A DNA stretch of 64,000 bases from Octopus sinensis. Its lineage: Eukaryota. The position numbers and the translations under genes were made by a program. The DNA lies in NCBI RefSeq assembly GCF_006345805.1, contig NC_043003.1, positions 111,662,001 to 111,726,000 of the forward strand. Reading direction: 5' to 3'. Below are positions 13,290-27,486 of the stretch, one piece after another. Each line of letters starts with the position of its first letter. Positions within the stretch are counted from its first letter, which is position 1. The notes below the pieces were generated by a model that saw nothing but the letters and a program-made list of their open reading frames with translations, was not told the origin of the DNA and searched no databases.

Positions 13290-14190
13290 GATGTTATCAT
13301 GTACCTTCAGAAGACAACGGCCTGCCCATATGACCATTCAGGCTAACCTGGTTGTTACGTTAAAGAATGATGCTCAAGAATTACCTTCAGTGCAAAAGTT
13401 GGCAGTTGTCCTTTGGAGTGGAAGGGAGACTCTTCAAGATAACCGAATGACTGGACCTCCTGCAAATGCTATCCTCGCGGAAAACATTGATCGTTATCAC
13501 GACATGGTAAGTGATGACAGGTAATTGAATATAAATCAGACAGTCAATGCTATTAGTGTGTACCTTGAGAGAGCTGAAAATACTCTACAGCACAATGAAA
13601 GTAGGTTTCTACTCGGTGTGTGCCACGACTTCTGACACTTGCTCAAAAGTGCACCAGTCTAATGAATTTATACAAAAGATCATTTGAAGCAGATCTTGAT
13701 GGATTCCCTGAAAGTTCTCTGGGCCATGATGAGTGTTTTCTTCATCACATTAAGTCAGAGACAAAGAGAAAAGCCATTAAGTGAAACACTCTCCTCACCT
13801 GCTCCGAAGAAGGCCAAGGGTGTTTTATCGGCGGGGAAACAGAATGCTTAGCTTTTGGGATGCAAAAGGTATTGTGTTTATTGTGTTTATTGACTATCTT
13901 CACATAAGAGTACCATGTCAAATTGCGGAGGCAGGTATGAAAGTTTATCAAGACAAAAGATCAGAAAAACTCTTTATTCACCTGATTTGGCTCCATCTAA
14001 TTATCACCTGTTCTCCAACATTAAAAGACACTTCGCTGAAAACCTGTTTCGCAGTGATGATGACGCAATATATGCTGCTGATGACTTTTTGAGAAACATA
14101 ATGAAAACGTCCTCACCAATGGGATCAAAACACTGCAACACCGATGGAAGAAGTCTGTAGATTGCATCGGATACTATGTTGGAATTTTAA
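13290..14190 (+). mobile_element. Decayed mariner transposase remnant (internally deleted)
   Basis: Pieces ENIDRYHDMVSDDR, CVPRLLT, DEC..HH...SETK, FWDAKGIVFIDYL, YSPDLAPSNYHLFSNIKRHF: mariner WVPxxL / DETW / YSPDLAP motifs. Confidence 0.9.
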
Positions 14191-14326
14191 CCTCGTCTAG
14201 TCACATTTCATGAGGATATCGATGTCATCCTATATATATATAGTATATATATATAATATATATATAATATTATATATATATAATATATATATCTATATAT
14301 ATATATAGATATATATATATATATAT

Positions 14327-14357
<31 letters not shown>

Positions 14358-15917
14358 CTATATATATATATAATATTATATATATATATATACATGTACA
14401 TATATATCCATTAATCATAACAAAATATCTAATTCATTGAGATGATATATGTGTAACTAGAATGTTTCGATCAATTTAACCCAGTTCCGTTTCCGAAGTA
14501 CTCTGCTGCGATCTTCTCTGTACCCGTTTGCTTTTATACACCTTATTACTGAGTACAGAGATATTACCACATTAGATTCCCAGTTAGAACCTACATTTAA
14601 AAAATAAACTTAATTTCCTGAAGCAATGTTGCACGTAGCAAAGAGAATATTTATTTCTTAATATAAATATAAATTAGTACTATACAATATATATATGATA
14701 CAATAATTGACCACATCGCGAATCGAAGCAATTGTTCTACGTAGGGCTTTTAGTACATTTGTAGTACTTATTAATTTTGTTAGAAACAAACTCCAGGCTA
14801 CAATCTATAAGTAAATTGCTAGAATATCAAAAATTATTACAAAATATGACAGCAGTTACTTGCTGTATGCCCAGTCAATAGTATGCCCTCCCATCTGTAA
14901 GTTACATTTGTCAATTTATTTCTTTTGATATCAATATATCCTTGCCAATATTTATCATCTATTGTCTTTGCGATCCACAAGAGAAAATTAATTGTTCTGA
15001 AAATCTTTGCAAACAGATTTACAATAGATCTTAAATTCATATTCAGCAAACTTATATCAACGAAACTATTCTCAGCAGAATGGCCTAGATATTGCGGTAC
15101 TCCTTTGAACAAAATAGCATTTTTTCTTTAACAAAAGTTATTTCCCCCAACCAAATGTCATTCTATAGAGAAGTTGAATTTTCAAATCATCAAAGATCTT
15201 AGATAAAAAGGACCAGATTATGTTTTCTTTCTTTTTGTGGCTATGGATGAATATCGTCCAGTGAATGCAGAAAAATACACATATCACACCTATAATCATG
15301 TTCCAGCTTTTAATTAATAAAATATAGTGGCACATAAGTTATAAAGTGTATTAACAGCTAGGGTTTCCAGGTATGTCATAAAAAAATGTTTTATTAAGCA
15401 TATAGCTCTCGCCGAATAGAGAGATGGTTGATTTACATGTATACAAACGTCCACAATTTGCACACCTTAGGAAAATCGACAGCGATATTATATTACTTCC
15501 TTGCACAATATAATCATAATTAAATCAGGACTCATCCAGGAATCAATCCAAAGGGGTAGTAAATTTAAGTAAAGAAATGACACTAAAGAGTAGGATGTCG
15601 ACTTTCACTCGGAGAAATACGTCTTAATGAATTTAGAATTTAAGGAAAGAACTGAAGCTGACCTTCCCTAAAAACTCATTCATTTTTCTGCATACGATTA
15701 AAATATATATAAGATAATCTTTGATTATGTTACCTGGATGAACATCTTAACATCGTGAAAAATCTTTTTTAGAAAGGAGTGAATCTAAAATACTGTCCCC
15801 TCCAAAACCTCACTGAAATCAAGTTAAAATTGCATATTAATTGTCTTAGTTACACAGACGAATGATATTCTGTACATACAACAATTTCGTCACAAGTCAT
15901 TGAATGTTACATTTCAG

Positions 15918-15941
15918 AACCTGCGCTTAAAGAAAATACAG
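15918..15941 (+). CDS. Candidate 24-nt symmetric microexon
   Basis: TTACATTTCAG|AACCTGCGCTTAAAGAAAATACAG|GTATGA; open frame (E)PALKENT(G). Confidence 0.35.
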
Positions 15942-17536
15942 GTATGACTAGAGCATTTGAAATTTGTTTATTGCAAGTAGCACAGTTGTAGCAAATTCAT
16001 TTTTACCGTGGGCGATACATTTTCACAAGCATATAGATGTAAACTGATCGACTATGACTGATGTTATATCCTTGATGTATGAATAATGTGTATGCATCTT
16101 CATATATTTCACTACATTTGATACAGTATACGACTGACTGACCGATTTTGCATTTTCTACAAATAGGAAAAAAAACAGAACATACAAACGTGTCTATAGA
16201 TAATAAAATACCTTTAAAATGCTTCCTGTTTTCTATTACAATGCACAATAGATATTCTTAAAACTTATTTTATTTAACATCAGATTGATAGACAATATCA
16301 GGAGTTGTCTTGAGTATTTTCCGAAATGATACAAACAGCATGAACAATTGAGATAATGTTGTGGTTTTGGATATCATTATAGTTTCTAACTTTAGTTGTG
16401 ATACTCAGTATGTAAAGTGTTTTAATACGAACATTACTATCATTTGTCTGTTTATGTTTCACGAGATCTGTAACTAATTAGCATAATTAACATAATTCAT
16501 TAGTTTGTATGCAATATGTTAATTTTGCATATATATATATCCATATAGAATACATTATTAACCATATAGTTATTCCTTCATCACTAATTCTGAAACAACC
16601 CTGAAGGAAATGTTACACCGCCAATATGTAATATGACAAAAGCATAATCTGGATTGGTGTCCTGTACTTATCGAAATGCTTAGGTATGATCAGCCGTGTA
16701 ACTATTGTTTTCTTTTGTTCTCACAATAATAAGTAATAATTACATTATTGTTATAAGCTATATAAAGTATGTTAACACTATGAATAAGTAGTCACTTCAG
16801 ATGAAAAGAAAGTATTAGGTAATTAGTGAGAGCCGAGAATGAAAATCGATCTTTGGATATAAGTGGACATAAACTAATAGAAAATTCCACGCTTGATAGA
16901 TCTTAAGTCAATGAGTATTTAGGAGCGAGTACACGTTACTAAACGTCTGTATAACGTGTAAATATGTGTTGAACAAGCATGTAGGTGTGGTAAACATACA
17001 CTAAAACCCAAACATAATACATTTTAGTAATTCACTGAAACATTATCATAGATAATATCAGCTCGAAAACCTAATGCATACGTTTTGCTTATATTATATA
17101 AATTGATTCATGTTTAAAGTTCTCTCATAAATTGTTAAAATATTTCCGTATTACGTACTTATTTGATATTAGGCACAAACAGATAAATAATAATAATTTC
17201 GTTACTATGATTTATCATAGATTTACATATGTCAACATATAACAGATTTCTGAAGGGAAACTAACTAATAAAGTAACAATAATATAGTTTGGTTGGCGTA
17301 TGATAGCGGCATTAAGTTACTGAAAGCTATTTCAGTTTCGGTAAACATGTTTTCGCTGCCATATTTCTAGATAGTGAAAATGGATACTCGTTCAGCTTGG
17401 AGTTTACTGGTGTGTGATCTTTGGGTTATTAAATATGTAAGTTACGTGTATGAGTGAGCATGTGAGTGCGTGTGCACTGTACATACGCACACTCACCACA
17501 TACAAACATACAAACATATATATATATATATATATG

Positions 17537-17577
<41 letters not shown>

Positions 17578-17638
17578 ATATATATATATGTACATATATA
17601 TATATATGTATATATATGTATATATATATATAAAAATA

Positions 17639-17695
17639 AATATAAGAGAATGGTCACTATGTGGCTCAGCCACATAGTGACCATTCTCTTATATT
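17639..17695. repeat. Perfect palindrome, 28-bp arms, 1-nt spacer, between (TA)n tracts
   Basis: AATATAAGAGAATGGTCACTATGTGGCT-C-AGCCACATAGTGACCATTCTCTTATATT. Confidence 0.95.
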
Positions 17696-17827
17696 AATTT
17701 TTGTATAAAATAATATTATAATATATTATAAAATATTATAATAATCCAGGTTTCTCGAGGCACTGGGCCACTTGGTGTTGAATGGACATACTATTAAATT
17801 AGTATCTAATTCTCTCACCCTTATTAA

Positions 17828-17906
<79 letters not shown>

Positions 17907-17908
<2 letters not shown>

Positions 17909-18337
17909 ACAAAGCGTAAAATTATATAATGGAGTAATTAATGATTTCACCAAGTAGAATTCGGTAGGAAAAAGGACCATTTCACGGTAAACTTAAGTAA
18001 TACTTAATAAAAAGGGTTCATCAAAGATTTGCTTTACCACATACCGAAGTTTAGAAATAGCAGCCAACAATCTTAGCTATTTCTTCTACTTTAAAAAGGG
18101 ACCCCTAGAGAAACCAAAATACTTGAAAATAATTCACACAGGCAGAGAGTAAAGCAACGAAAATCAATCAATATCTGGTCATCCATGGACGCGCGTTTCG
18201 GAATTAGGTTTGCATAAAGAATATTAAATTATACTTTACAAACCATTTTCTTCATCAGCATGGCATTCCTCAATAATTCGAGGGTACAAATATAGTTGAA
18301 TATATATCTCTCCACCTAACGGTATCAGACAGATATG

Positions 18338-18338
<1 letters not shown>
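17907..18338 (-). mobile_element. ~430-bp HHR-bearing unit bounded by (TA)n on both sides
   Basis: Unique sequence between TA tracts 17833-17905 and 18339-18437, containing the HHR at 18183-18263. Confidence 0.65.
18183..18263 (-). ncRNA. Type I hammerhead ribozyme with long stem II
   Basis: CCATG-CTGATGA-A[GAAAATGGTTTGTAAAG...CTTTATGCAAACCTAATTCC]-GAAAC-GCGC-GTC^CATGG; stem III/loop is the perfect palindrome ACGCGCGT. Confidence 0.8.
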
Positions 18339-18419
<81 letters not shown>

Positions 18420-18647
18420 TATATATATATAATATATTATGTGAAATAGAAAGATGAATAATCTTGTAGTAGATTAATCAAAAGTTTAACCGATACCTTA
18501 GTAGCAAAAATCACAGCAGTAAACAGCACGGTTGGAGGTACAACCATCTGGCGTTGCAACCGTGCGTTGGTGCGGATAATTGAAATTAAAACGTTATTGT
18601 TGAATTGAAGAAATGGAGCTGAACGCAGATTGAACAGAATCGTTTTA

Positions 18648-18737
18648 TTTCATTCTACACGTGTTTCGAAAGGCACAAATTACCAAAATCCAATTGAATA
18701 ATGGGACCATATTGTGTCTTTCTCTTCAGGAAGAAAA
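18648..18737 (-). ncRNA. Type I hammerhead ribozyme (left-arm copy)
   Basis: Mirror of 19629-19717. Confidence 0.8.
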
Positions 18738-19628
18738 AGGAAATCCGCTGGAAAAACAAAAACAGAACAGAGGCGGAGCAAAAGCAAATCGAACTATGCT
18801 CCTAAGAGCCCATGGCGAAACTGTTTATCAGTGTATGTTGAGAACCGGTGGCTGAAGAATTCAACGGGTCAGGCATCGGTCAATCATGTGGGTGAGGGTG
18901 TATAGATGTTCTTTGTGACCGAGCATAAAGTTCTGACTATTTAGGAATATTGGATGTTTTATAAGGGGCGAGAAAAATCTACTTAGAGACGTGTGTGTGT
19001 GTATACTGTTCTATATATGTGTGTGTTGGCGTAGGGGTAGAAAACATTTTTTGTGTACGTGTGTGCGTTTGATCGTTCGGCTGTCAGTGGCTACTGCCGT
19101 GATAACCGTTGGGTGGCAGAAGAAAAAAAATATATATATATTATGTTTTATGTGGTGTGTGTGTTCATCTAAGCCTGCCTTGTCAAGGAAACCCCCGCTG
19201 AACACACACACACATAAAACATAATATATATATTTTTTTCTTTCTGCCACCCAACGGTTATCACGGCAGTAGCCACTGACAGCCGAACGATCAAACGCAC
19301 ACACGTACACAAAAAATGTTTTCTACCCCTACGCCAACACACACATATATAGAACAGTATACACACACACACGTCTCTAAGTAGATTTTTTCTCGCCCCT
19401 TATAAAACATCCAATATTCCTTAAATAGTCAGAACTTTATGCTCGGTCACAAGAACATCTATACACCCTCACCCACATGATTGACCGATGCCTGACCCGT
19501 TGAATTCTTCAGCCACCGGTTCTCAACATACACTGATAAACAGTTTCGCCATGGGCTCTTAGGAGCATAGTTCGATTTGATTTTGCTCCGCCTCTGTTCT
19601 GTTTTTTTTTTTCCAGCGGATTTCCTTT

Positions 19629-19717
19629 TTTCTTCCTGAAGAGAAAGACACAATATGGTCCCATTATTCAATCGGATTTTGGTAATTTGTGCCTTTCGAA
19701 ACACGTGTAGAATGAAA
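19629..19717 (+). ncRNA. Type I hammerhead ribozyme (right-arm copy)
   Basis: TTTCTTC-CTGAAGA-GAAAGACACAA...TTGTGCCTTTC-GAAAC-ACGT-GTA^GAATGAAA: G10.1-C11.1, 11-bp stem II (1 mismatch), palindromic ACACGTGT stem III, bulged stem I. Confidence 0.82.
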
Positions 19718-19777
19718 TAAAACGATTTCTGTTCAATCTGCGTTCAGCTCCATTTCTTCAATTCACCAATAACGTTT

Positions 19778-20195
<418 letters not shown>

Positions 20196-20989
20196 TATAT
20201 ATATATATATATATATATGTACATATATGTGTGTGTGTGTGCGTGGATTTCGAATGACTATTAATTATAATATGTGTTCACAACCATTTTCTTTATTCTC
20301 CACGAACAAATATATTATGGTGTTAAGGATGTTTTGATTCAACATATTTATGCACAATGTCCTTTCATACCTGTCGATTTTGACATATATTATCATTGCG
20401 GTTTTTGCTCCTATTATATTCAGGCATAATTTTAAAATTCCTTGTAAGAGATTTGAGAGAAACTGATTTGCCAACATCGAGTAATGAAATTATATTCTTA
20501 CATCTACACCCGCGATACTGTTACACAAATATCATTTTCCGAAAATTATCCAACAAAATATTCATGTATAGCACGTTTGAAGTGACGTATAGATATATTA
20601 TACTAAGTAAAAGGAGGCAGTCTCAATTCTAGATAATGCGTCACTATCGCTTTCGTCCGTTCAATAGGAGTCTTCATATAAGTTTCACAAAAACATTCTT
20701 TAACCTTTTCAGCAAATCGTAAAGGGAGGAGAGGGGAGAGAAGAAGACAGAGTGGAAGAAAAGAGGAAAGGGAACAGAAGAAAGCATGTATTTTGAGATA
20801 GATTTTGACTAAGACGTGGTTGATGCCAAATGACCTTTCAAGATGTCAATTTTGTTTTGGAGAGAAAGGGATAAAAAGAGAAAGATAGGGAGGACAAGAA
20901 AGAAAGAGAGGCAATACGAAAAAAAATAGGAAAAATAGTGAAAAATGCTTCGTCAGAAACATAGTTGACAGTTGTACGTTCCTGAGGAG

Positions 20990-21340
20990 TGCGGAGATTC
21001 CCTATCAATGATACTCCTTTTCATGTTGGGAAAAGGAAGTCTTCTGAGAAAACGGTACAAGAAGGATTAGCTTGCCTATCACTGCATCTAAACGACTGCA
21101 TATATTGTATATATTTTCTCTTGAACGTATTGGCTGTGATCGACGTGTAGTGTCTTGTAATCCCATCGTAGGGCCTGAGAGAAATGTATTATAGTGATTG
21201 AGAATCAAGAAACTCCCAGTTGGTAGTTACGGAGTTTCGAATATTGCGGTTTGGCATGGGTATTGAAGCTTCTATAGGTGTGTGTCTATTGTAGGGTGCG
21301 ATTATAGAAACGATAGGGATAGAAAAGTTTATATTGATTA
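20990..21340 (-). mobile_element. Decayed PLE GIY-YIG endonuclease fragment
   Basis: Minus strand ...RHYTSITANTFKRKYIQYMQSFR resembles the PLE YIGxTxxFKxRYxxHxxSFR motif. Confidence 0.5.
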
Positions 21341-21367
21341 AGGCTTCCCAAAAGATTTCCTTAATAT

Positions 21368-21407
<40 letters not shown>

Positions 21408-21724
21408 GCATGACATATATACTTTGGTTTTGTTGTATTTCATGATGGTATTATTATTATTTTTTTTGTTTTGCCAAATAAACACATTCACTATATGTTC
21501 GTTTTTCACTCATTTACTACTGTTCCTAGTCTAACACATGTCCATTTACCGGAAAATGGACATGAATTAGAATAAGTACAGTAATAAACGAGTGAAGAAT
21601 GAATAAATAGTGAGTGTGTTTATTTCGAATAAAACTGACCATACCGAAATAAAACAACATCTGATTGAACACACGAATTCACATCAGGAATCTTGCAACG
21701 CAAATTCTTAAACATATATATTGA

Positions 21725-21880
21725 TTCATTTATTTGTTTACTTGTTTCAGTTACTCGACTGCAACCATGTTGGAGCACCGCCTTGGGGAATTTTAGTGAA
21801 AGTAATCGACCCCGGTTCTTATTTTGAAACTTGAAACCTATTCTATCGGTCTCTTTTACCGCACCACCAAGTTATAAACA
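21725..21880 (-). mobile_element. SINE 3' fragment
   Basis: GTTTCAGT...ATGTTGGAGCACCGCC...ATCGACCCC...TATTCTATCGGTCTCTTTT, recognised from memory as a cephalopod SINE tail. Confidence 0.55.
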
Positions 21881-21991
21881 CACACATACACACTCATGCG
21901 GCTTCCTTTCAATTTCTGTCTACCAAGTTCACTCACATATATTTTTTCTTTTTGTTTTCGTATTAGTTTGAGTTCGAAGATTGCGTCCATG

Positions 21992-22806
21992 TATGAGGGT
22001 GTAACTCCCCCGGCTCCCCCCCCCCGATATTTCCAATCTTATTTTATTCTCTTAATTTCGTATGTTTACATTTTATCGCCTTCAAATTATTCTCCATTTG
22101 ATGCAGGAACTCTTGTGAATAGATCCATCGTTTTGTTTTTCATCACATCTTCAACATCTGCAAATTCAATAGCACCAGCTTTCATCAACAGTGATAACCT
22201 TCAAAAAACATTCCCGATCAATTTTTACGTGATCTTTCAGTTCATGACATGCATTCAGTCGTATCTGCTTTTGATCTATATGAGTAGAAGAGGCACAGAT
22301 TTTGCTACAATGCTTCGCAAATCCTCGCTCAAAAGTCATTGACAGGAGCTCTACGATATACCAATCATATCAAGAAGTTCGTCAATTCTTCAGTGACGGC
22401 CCTATGTTCAGGAACTTCCATAATGTTTGCATTCATTGGGCAGGTCGACTGTCACTCTGAACATGATCGGTTTTCAAGTGACAAGTGGCCATTGCTGATG
22501 GCATGATTCCTTTTATACAGTTAGAGGCATGACAGCAGATTTGGCCGCCGTTTTCCCAAGCAGCAAACGGAATTTCACGGGAGCACACTGATCCTTCCTT
22601 TCAGCCATTCTAATAATCGACGAAAAAGGGACAAGCACTGCAAAGCAAAGAAGTTACACGTAGCAATATAACTCCATGCTCAACAGGCTGGTCGCTAGAC
22701 TGATGCCTGAGGTTTGTATAATGCGGCCTCTAGCGATAGAAACCCGAGCTTCAACGGGCTCGTCCTACAGAGAACGTTTCCGGTTACTAATGGGTACTCC
22801 CTTGTA
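21992..22806 (-). mobile_element. Internally deleted mariner element
   Basis: Minus strand MAERKDQCAPVKFRLLLGKTAAK..., KFVPLLLT*DQKQIRLNACHELK...VITVDESWCY, then a jump to FADVEDV. Degenerate TIRs TATGAGGGTGTAAC / TACAAGGGAGTACC. Confidence 0.8.
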
Positions 22807-22869
22807 TGTACATATTAGTATATATATTTGTGTATGGTTATAGATATATGCACACACACACACATATCA

Positions 22870-22951
<82 letters not shown>

Positions 22952-22960
<9 letters not shown>

Positions 22961-23200
22961 TATTAGAGACAAAACCACTATTTTGCAAAACAAACAAGGA
23001 AAGACTTAATCAATACATAAAATTTTAATAAATAGTCTATTTATTAAAATTTTATGTATTGATTAAGTCTTTCCTTGTTTGTTTTCCAAAATAGTGGTTT
23101 TGTCTCTAATAATATTTTATAATATTTTACTATGAAATTGGATTTAATCCTAAATCTGATTTTTTCCCTGTAAATTTGGATTTATTCCCTAATATTTATT
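22952..23200. mobile_element. Fold-back (84-bp arms, 1-nt spacer) plus 80-bp extension; same family as 44548-44927
   Basis: Arms 22952-23035 / 23037-23120 share GAGACAAAACCACTATTTT...AAGACTTAATCAATACATAAAATTTTAAT with the 44.6-kb element; TA tracts both sides. Confidence 0.9.
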
Positions 23201-23218
23201 ATATATATATATATATAT

Positions 23219-23264
<46 letters not shown>

Positions 23265-23280
23265 ATATATATATATATAT

Positions 23281-26200
23281 ATAATTAATCAATATAGGGT
23301 GGCAAAAAATTTTGTAGAATTTTTTTGCCACCAGCGGCCTAGTGGGAAAAAATTAAATAGTCATAGACCATTTATAAGTTCAACATCACAATCAAGGAAC
23401 GGCCATAATAGGCCATTCACCCACTAGAAATAACAGCCAAAGCTTCAACCGCAAAATAACATTAATTCCGCAAACCAGGAGAAAATTAAAAAAACATTTA
23501 CCCTGTAGTTTCTTATACGATGCACCGTTTCATCTATTGTTTAATGGTAAACTAACCTGATTAAATTAAATCAAGCGAATCTTCCATAGGCCGATAGATT
23601 CGTCAGTAAGAAGCAGCCAGATCGGAACAGATATTATCACGAGGCACTTCCATCCCTGCCTCGGCAATATCTGACCTAAAATTTTCAAAACATCGCACTC
23701 GCGCCAAATTTATCGGCAACAAATAAATATAAGCCGCCGATTCCATTACGGAATTAACCAGAAAATTCATAATTAATCAATATAGGGTGGCAAAAAATTT
23801 TGTAGAATTTTTTTGCCACCAGCGGCCTAGTGGGAAAAATTGAATAGTCATAGACCATTTATAAGTTCAACATCACAATCAGGAACGGCCATAATAGGCC
23901 ATTCACCCACTAGAATAACAGCCAAAGCTTCAACCGCAAAATAACATTAATTCCGCAAACCAGAGAAAATTAAAAAAACATTTACCCTGTAGTTTCTTAT
24001 ACGATGCACCGTTTCATCTATTGTTTAATGGTAAACTAACCTGATTAATTAAATCAAGCGAATCTTCCATAGGCCGATAGATTCGTCAGTAAGAAGCAGC
24101 CAGATCGGAACAGATATTATCACGAGGCACTTCCATCCCTGCCTCAGCAATATCTGACCTAAAATTTTCAAAACATCGCACTCGCGCCAAATTTATCGGC
24201 AGCAAATAAATATAAGCCGCCGATTCCATTACGGAATTAACCAGGAAATTCATAATTAATCAATATAGGTTGGCAAAAAATTTTGTAGAATTTTTTGCCA
24301 CCAGCGGCCTAGTGGGAAAACATTAAATAGTCATAGACCATTTATAAGTTCAACATCACAATCAAGGAACGGCCATAATAGGCCATTCACCCACTAGAAA
24401 TAACAGCCAAAGCTTCAACCGCAAAATAACATTAATTCCGCAAACAAGGAGAAAATTAAAAAAACATTTACCCTGTAGTTTCTTATACGATGCACCGTTT
24501 CATCTATTGTTTAATGGTAAACTAACCTGATTAAATTAATCAAGCCAATCTTCCATAGGCCGATAGATTCGTCAGTAAGAAGCAGCCAGATCGGAACAGA
24601 TATTATCACGACGCACTTCCATACCTGCCTCGGCAATATCTGACCTAAAATTTTCAAATCATCGCACTCGCGCCAAATTTATCGGCAGCAAATAAATATA
24701 AGCCGCCGATTCCATTACGGAATTAACCAGAAAATTCATAATTAATCAATATAGGGTGGCAAAGAATTTTGTAGAATTTTTTTTGCCACCAGCGGCCTAG
24801 TGGGAAAAAATTAAATAGTCATAGACCATTTATAAGTTCAACATCACAATCAAGGAACGGCCATAATAGGCCATTCACCCACTAGAAATAACAGCCAAAG
24901 CTTCAACCGCAAAATAACATTAATTCCGCAAACCAGGAGAAAATTAAAAAAACATTTACCCTGTAGTTTCTTATACGATGCACCGTTTCATCTATTGTTT
25001 AATGGTAAACTAACCTGATTAAATTAAATCAAGCCAATCTTCCATAGGCCGATAGATTCGTCAGTAAGAAGCAGCCAGATCGGAACAGATATTATCACGA
25101 CGCACTTCCATCCCTGCCTCGGCAATATCTGACCTAAAATTTTCAAATCATCGCACTCGCGCCAAATTTATCGGCAGCAAATAAATATAAGCCGCCGATT
25201 CCATTACGGAATTAACCAGAAAATTCATAATTAATCAATATAGGGTGGCAAAAAATTTTGTAGAATTTTTTTGCCACCAGCGGCCTAGTGGGAAAAATTG
25301 AATAGTCATAGACCATTTATAAGTTCAACATCACAATCAAGGAACGGCCATAATAGGCCATTCACCCACTAGAAATAACAGCCAAAGCTTCAACCGCAAA
25401 ATAACATTAATTCCGCAAACCAGGAGAAAATTAAAAAAACATTTACCCTGTAGTTTCTTATACGATGCACCGTTTCATCTATTGTTTAATGGTAAACTAA
25501 CCTGATTAAATTAAATCAAGCGAATCTTCCATAGGCCGATAGATTCGTCAGTAAGAAGCAGCCAGATCGGAACAGATATTATCACGAGGCACTTCCATCC
25601 CTGCCTCAGCAATATCTGACCTAAAATTTTCAAAACATCGCACTCGCGCCAAATTTATCGGCAGCAAATAAATATAAGCCGCCGATTCCATTACGGAATT
25701 AACCAGGAAATTCATAATTAATCAATATAGGTTGGCAAAAATTTTGTAGAATTTTTTTGCCACCAGCGGCCTAGTGGGAAAACATTAAATAGTCATAGAC
25801 CATTTATAAGTTCAACATCACAATCAAGGAACGGCCATAATAGGCCATTCACCCACTAGAAATAACAGCCAAAGCTTCAACCGCAAAATAACATTAATTC
25901 CGCAAACAAGGAGAAAATTAAAAAAACATTTACCCTGTAGTTTCTTATACGATGCACCGTTTCATCTATTGTTTAATGGTAAACTAACCTGATTAAATTA
26001 AATCAAGCCAATCTTCCATAGGCCGATAGATTCGTCAGTAAGAAGCAGCCAGATCGGAACAGATATTATCACGACGCACTTCCATCCCTGCCTCGGCAAT
26101 ATCTGACCTAAAATTTTCAAATCATCGCACTCGCGCCAAATTTATCGGCAGCAAATAAATATAAGCCGCCGATTCCATTACGGAATAACCAGAAAATTCA

Positions 26201-27477
26201 TAATTAATCAATATAGGGTGGCAAAAAATTTTGTAGAATTTTTTTGCCACCAGCGGCCTAGTGGGAAAAATTGAATAGTCATAGACCATTTATAAGTTCA
26301 ACATCACAATCAAGGAACGGCCATAATAGGCCATTCACCCACTAGAAATAACAGCCAAAGCTTCAACCGCAAAATAACATTAATTCCGCAAACCAGGAGA
26401 AAATTAAAAAAACATTACCCTGTAGTTTCTTATACGATGCACCGTTTCATCTATTGTTTAATGGTAAACTACCTGATTAAATTAAATCAAGCGAATCTTC
26501 CATAGGCCGATAGATTCGTCAGTAAGAAGCAGCCAGATCGGAACAGATATTATCACGAGGCACTTCCATCCCTGCCTCAGCAATATCTGACCTAAAATTT
26601 TCAAAACATCGCACTCGCGCCAAATTTATCGGCAGCAAATAAATATAAGCCGCCGATTCCATTACGGAATTAACCAGGAAATTCATAATTAATCAATATA
26701 GGTTGGCAAAAAATTTTGTAGAATTTTTTTGCCACCAGCGGCCTAGTGGGAAAACATTAAATAGTCATAGACCATTTATAAGTTCAACATCACAATCAAG
26801 GAACGGCCATAATAGGCCATTCACCCACTAGAAATAACAGCCAAAGCTTCAACCGCAAAATAACATTAATTCCGCAAACAAGGAGAAAATTAAAAAAACA
26901 TTTACCCTGTAGTTTCTTATACGATGCACCGTTTCATCTATTGTTTAATGGTAAACTAACCTGATTAAATTAAATCAAGCCAATCTTCCATAGGCCGATA
27001 GATTCGTCAGTAAGAAGCAGCCAGATCGGAACAGATATTATCACGACGCACTTCCATCCCTGCCTCGGCAATATCTGACCTAAAATTTTCAAATCATCGC
27101 ACTCGCGCCAAATTTATCGGCAGCAAATAAATATAAGCCGCCGATTCCATTACGGAATTAACCAGAAAATTCATAATTAATCAATATAGGGTGGCAAAAA
27201 ATTTTGTAGAATTTTTTGCCACCAGCGGCCTAGTGGGAAAAAATTAAATAGTCATAGACCATTTATAAGTTCAACATCACAATCAAGGAACGGCCATAAT
27301 AGGCCATTCACCCACTAGAAATAACAGCCAAAGCTTCAACGCAAAATAACATTAATTCCGCAAACCAGGAGAAAATTAAAAAAATATTTACCCTGTAGTT
27401 TCTTATACGATGCACCGCTTCATCTATTGTTTAATGGTAAACTAACCTGATTAAATTAAATCAAGCCAATCTTCCAT
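23281..27477 (-). repeat. Tandem array, ~487-bp unit x8.6, one hammerhead ribozyme per unit (retrozyme/pLTR-like)
   Basis: Unit starts at 23281, 23769, 24252, 24738, 25227, 25714, 26200, 26685, 27173 (last truncated at 27477); left end abuts (TA)n. Confidence 0.97.
23510..23612 (-). ncRNA. Type I hammerhead ribozyme (unit 1; equivalent copies in units 2-8)
   Basis: TTCTTA-CTGACGA-ATCTAT[56 nt]ATAGAT-GAAAC-G-GTGCAT-C-GTA^TAAGAA: 6-bp stem I, 6-bp stem II base, 3-bp stem III, GUA triplet. Confidence 0.88.
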
Positions 27478-27486
27478 TTTTGAAAT

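Noticed and set aside
14455-14535. Minus-strand GATC...GATCGAAAC stem
   Set aside because: Core reads CAGAGAA and stem I is absent.
20240-20640. Possible continuation of the PLE endonuclease fragment
   Set aside because: No motif could be read with confidence.
21896-22342. 148-aa plus-strand ORF
   Set aside because: Antisense shadow of the minus-strand mariner.
23281-27477. Array as CRISPR or ordinary centromeric satellite
   Set aside because: No repeat-spacer alternation and eukaryotic context; the per-unit HHR and terminal inversion favour retro-origin.
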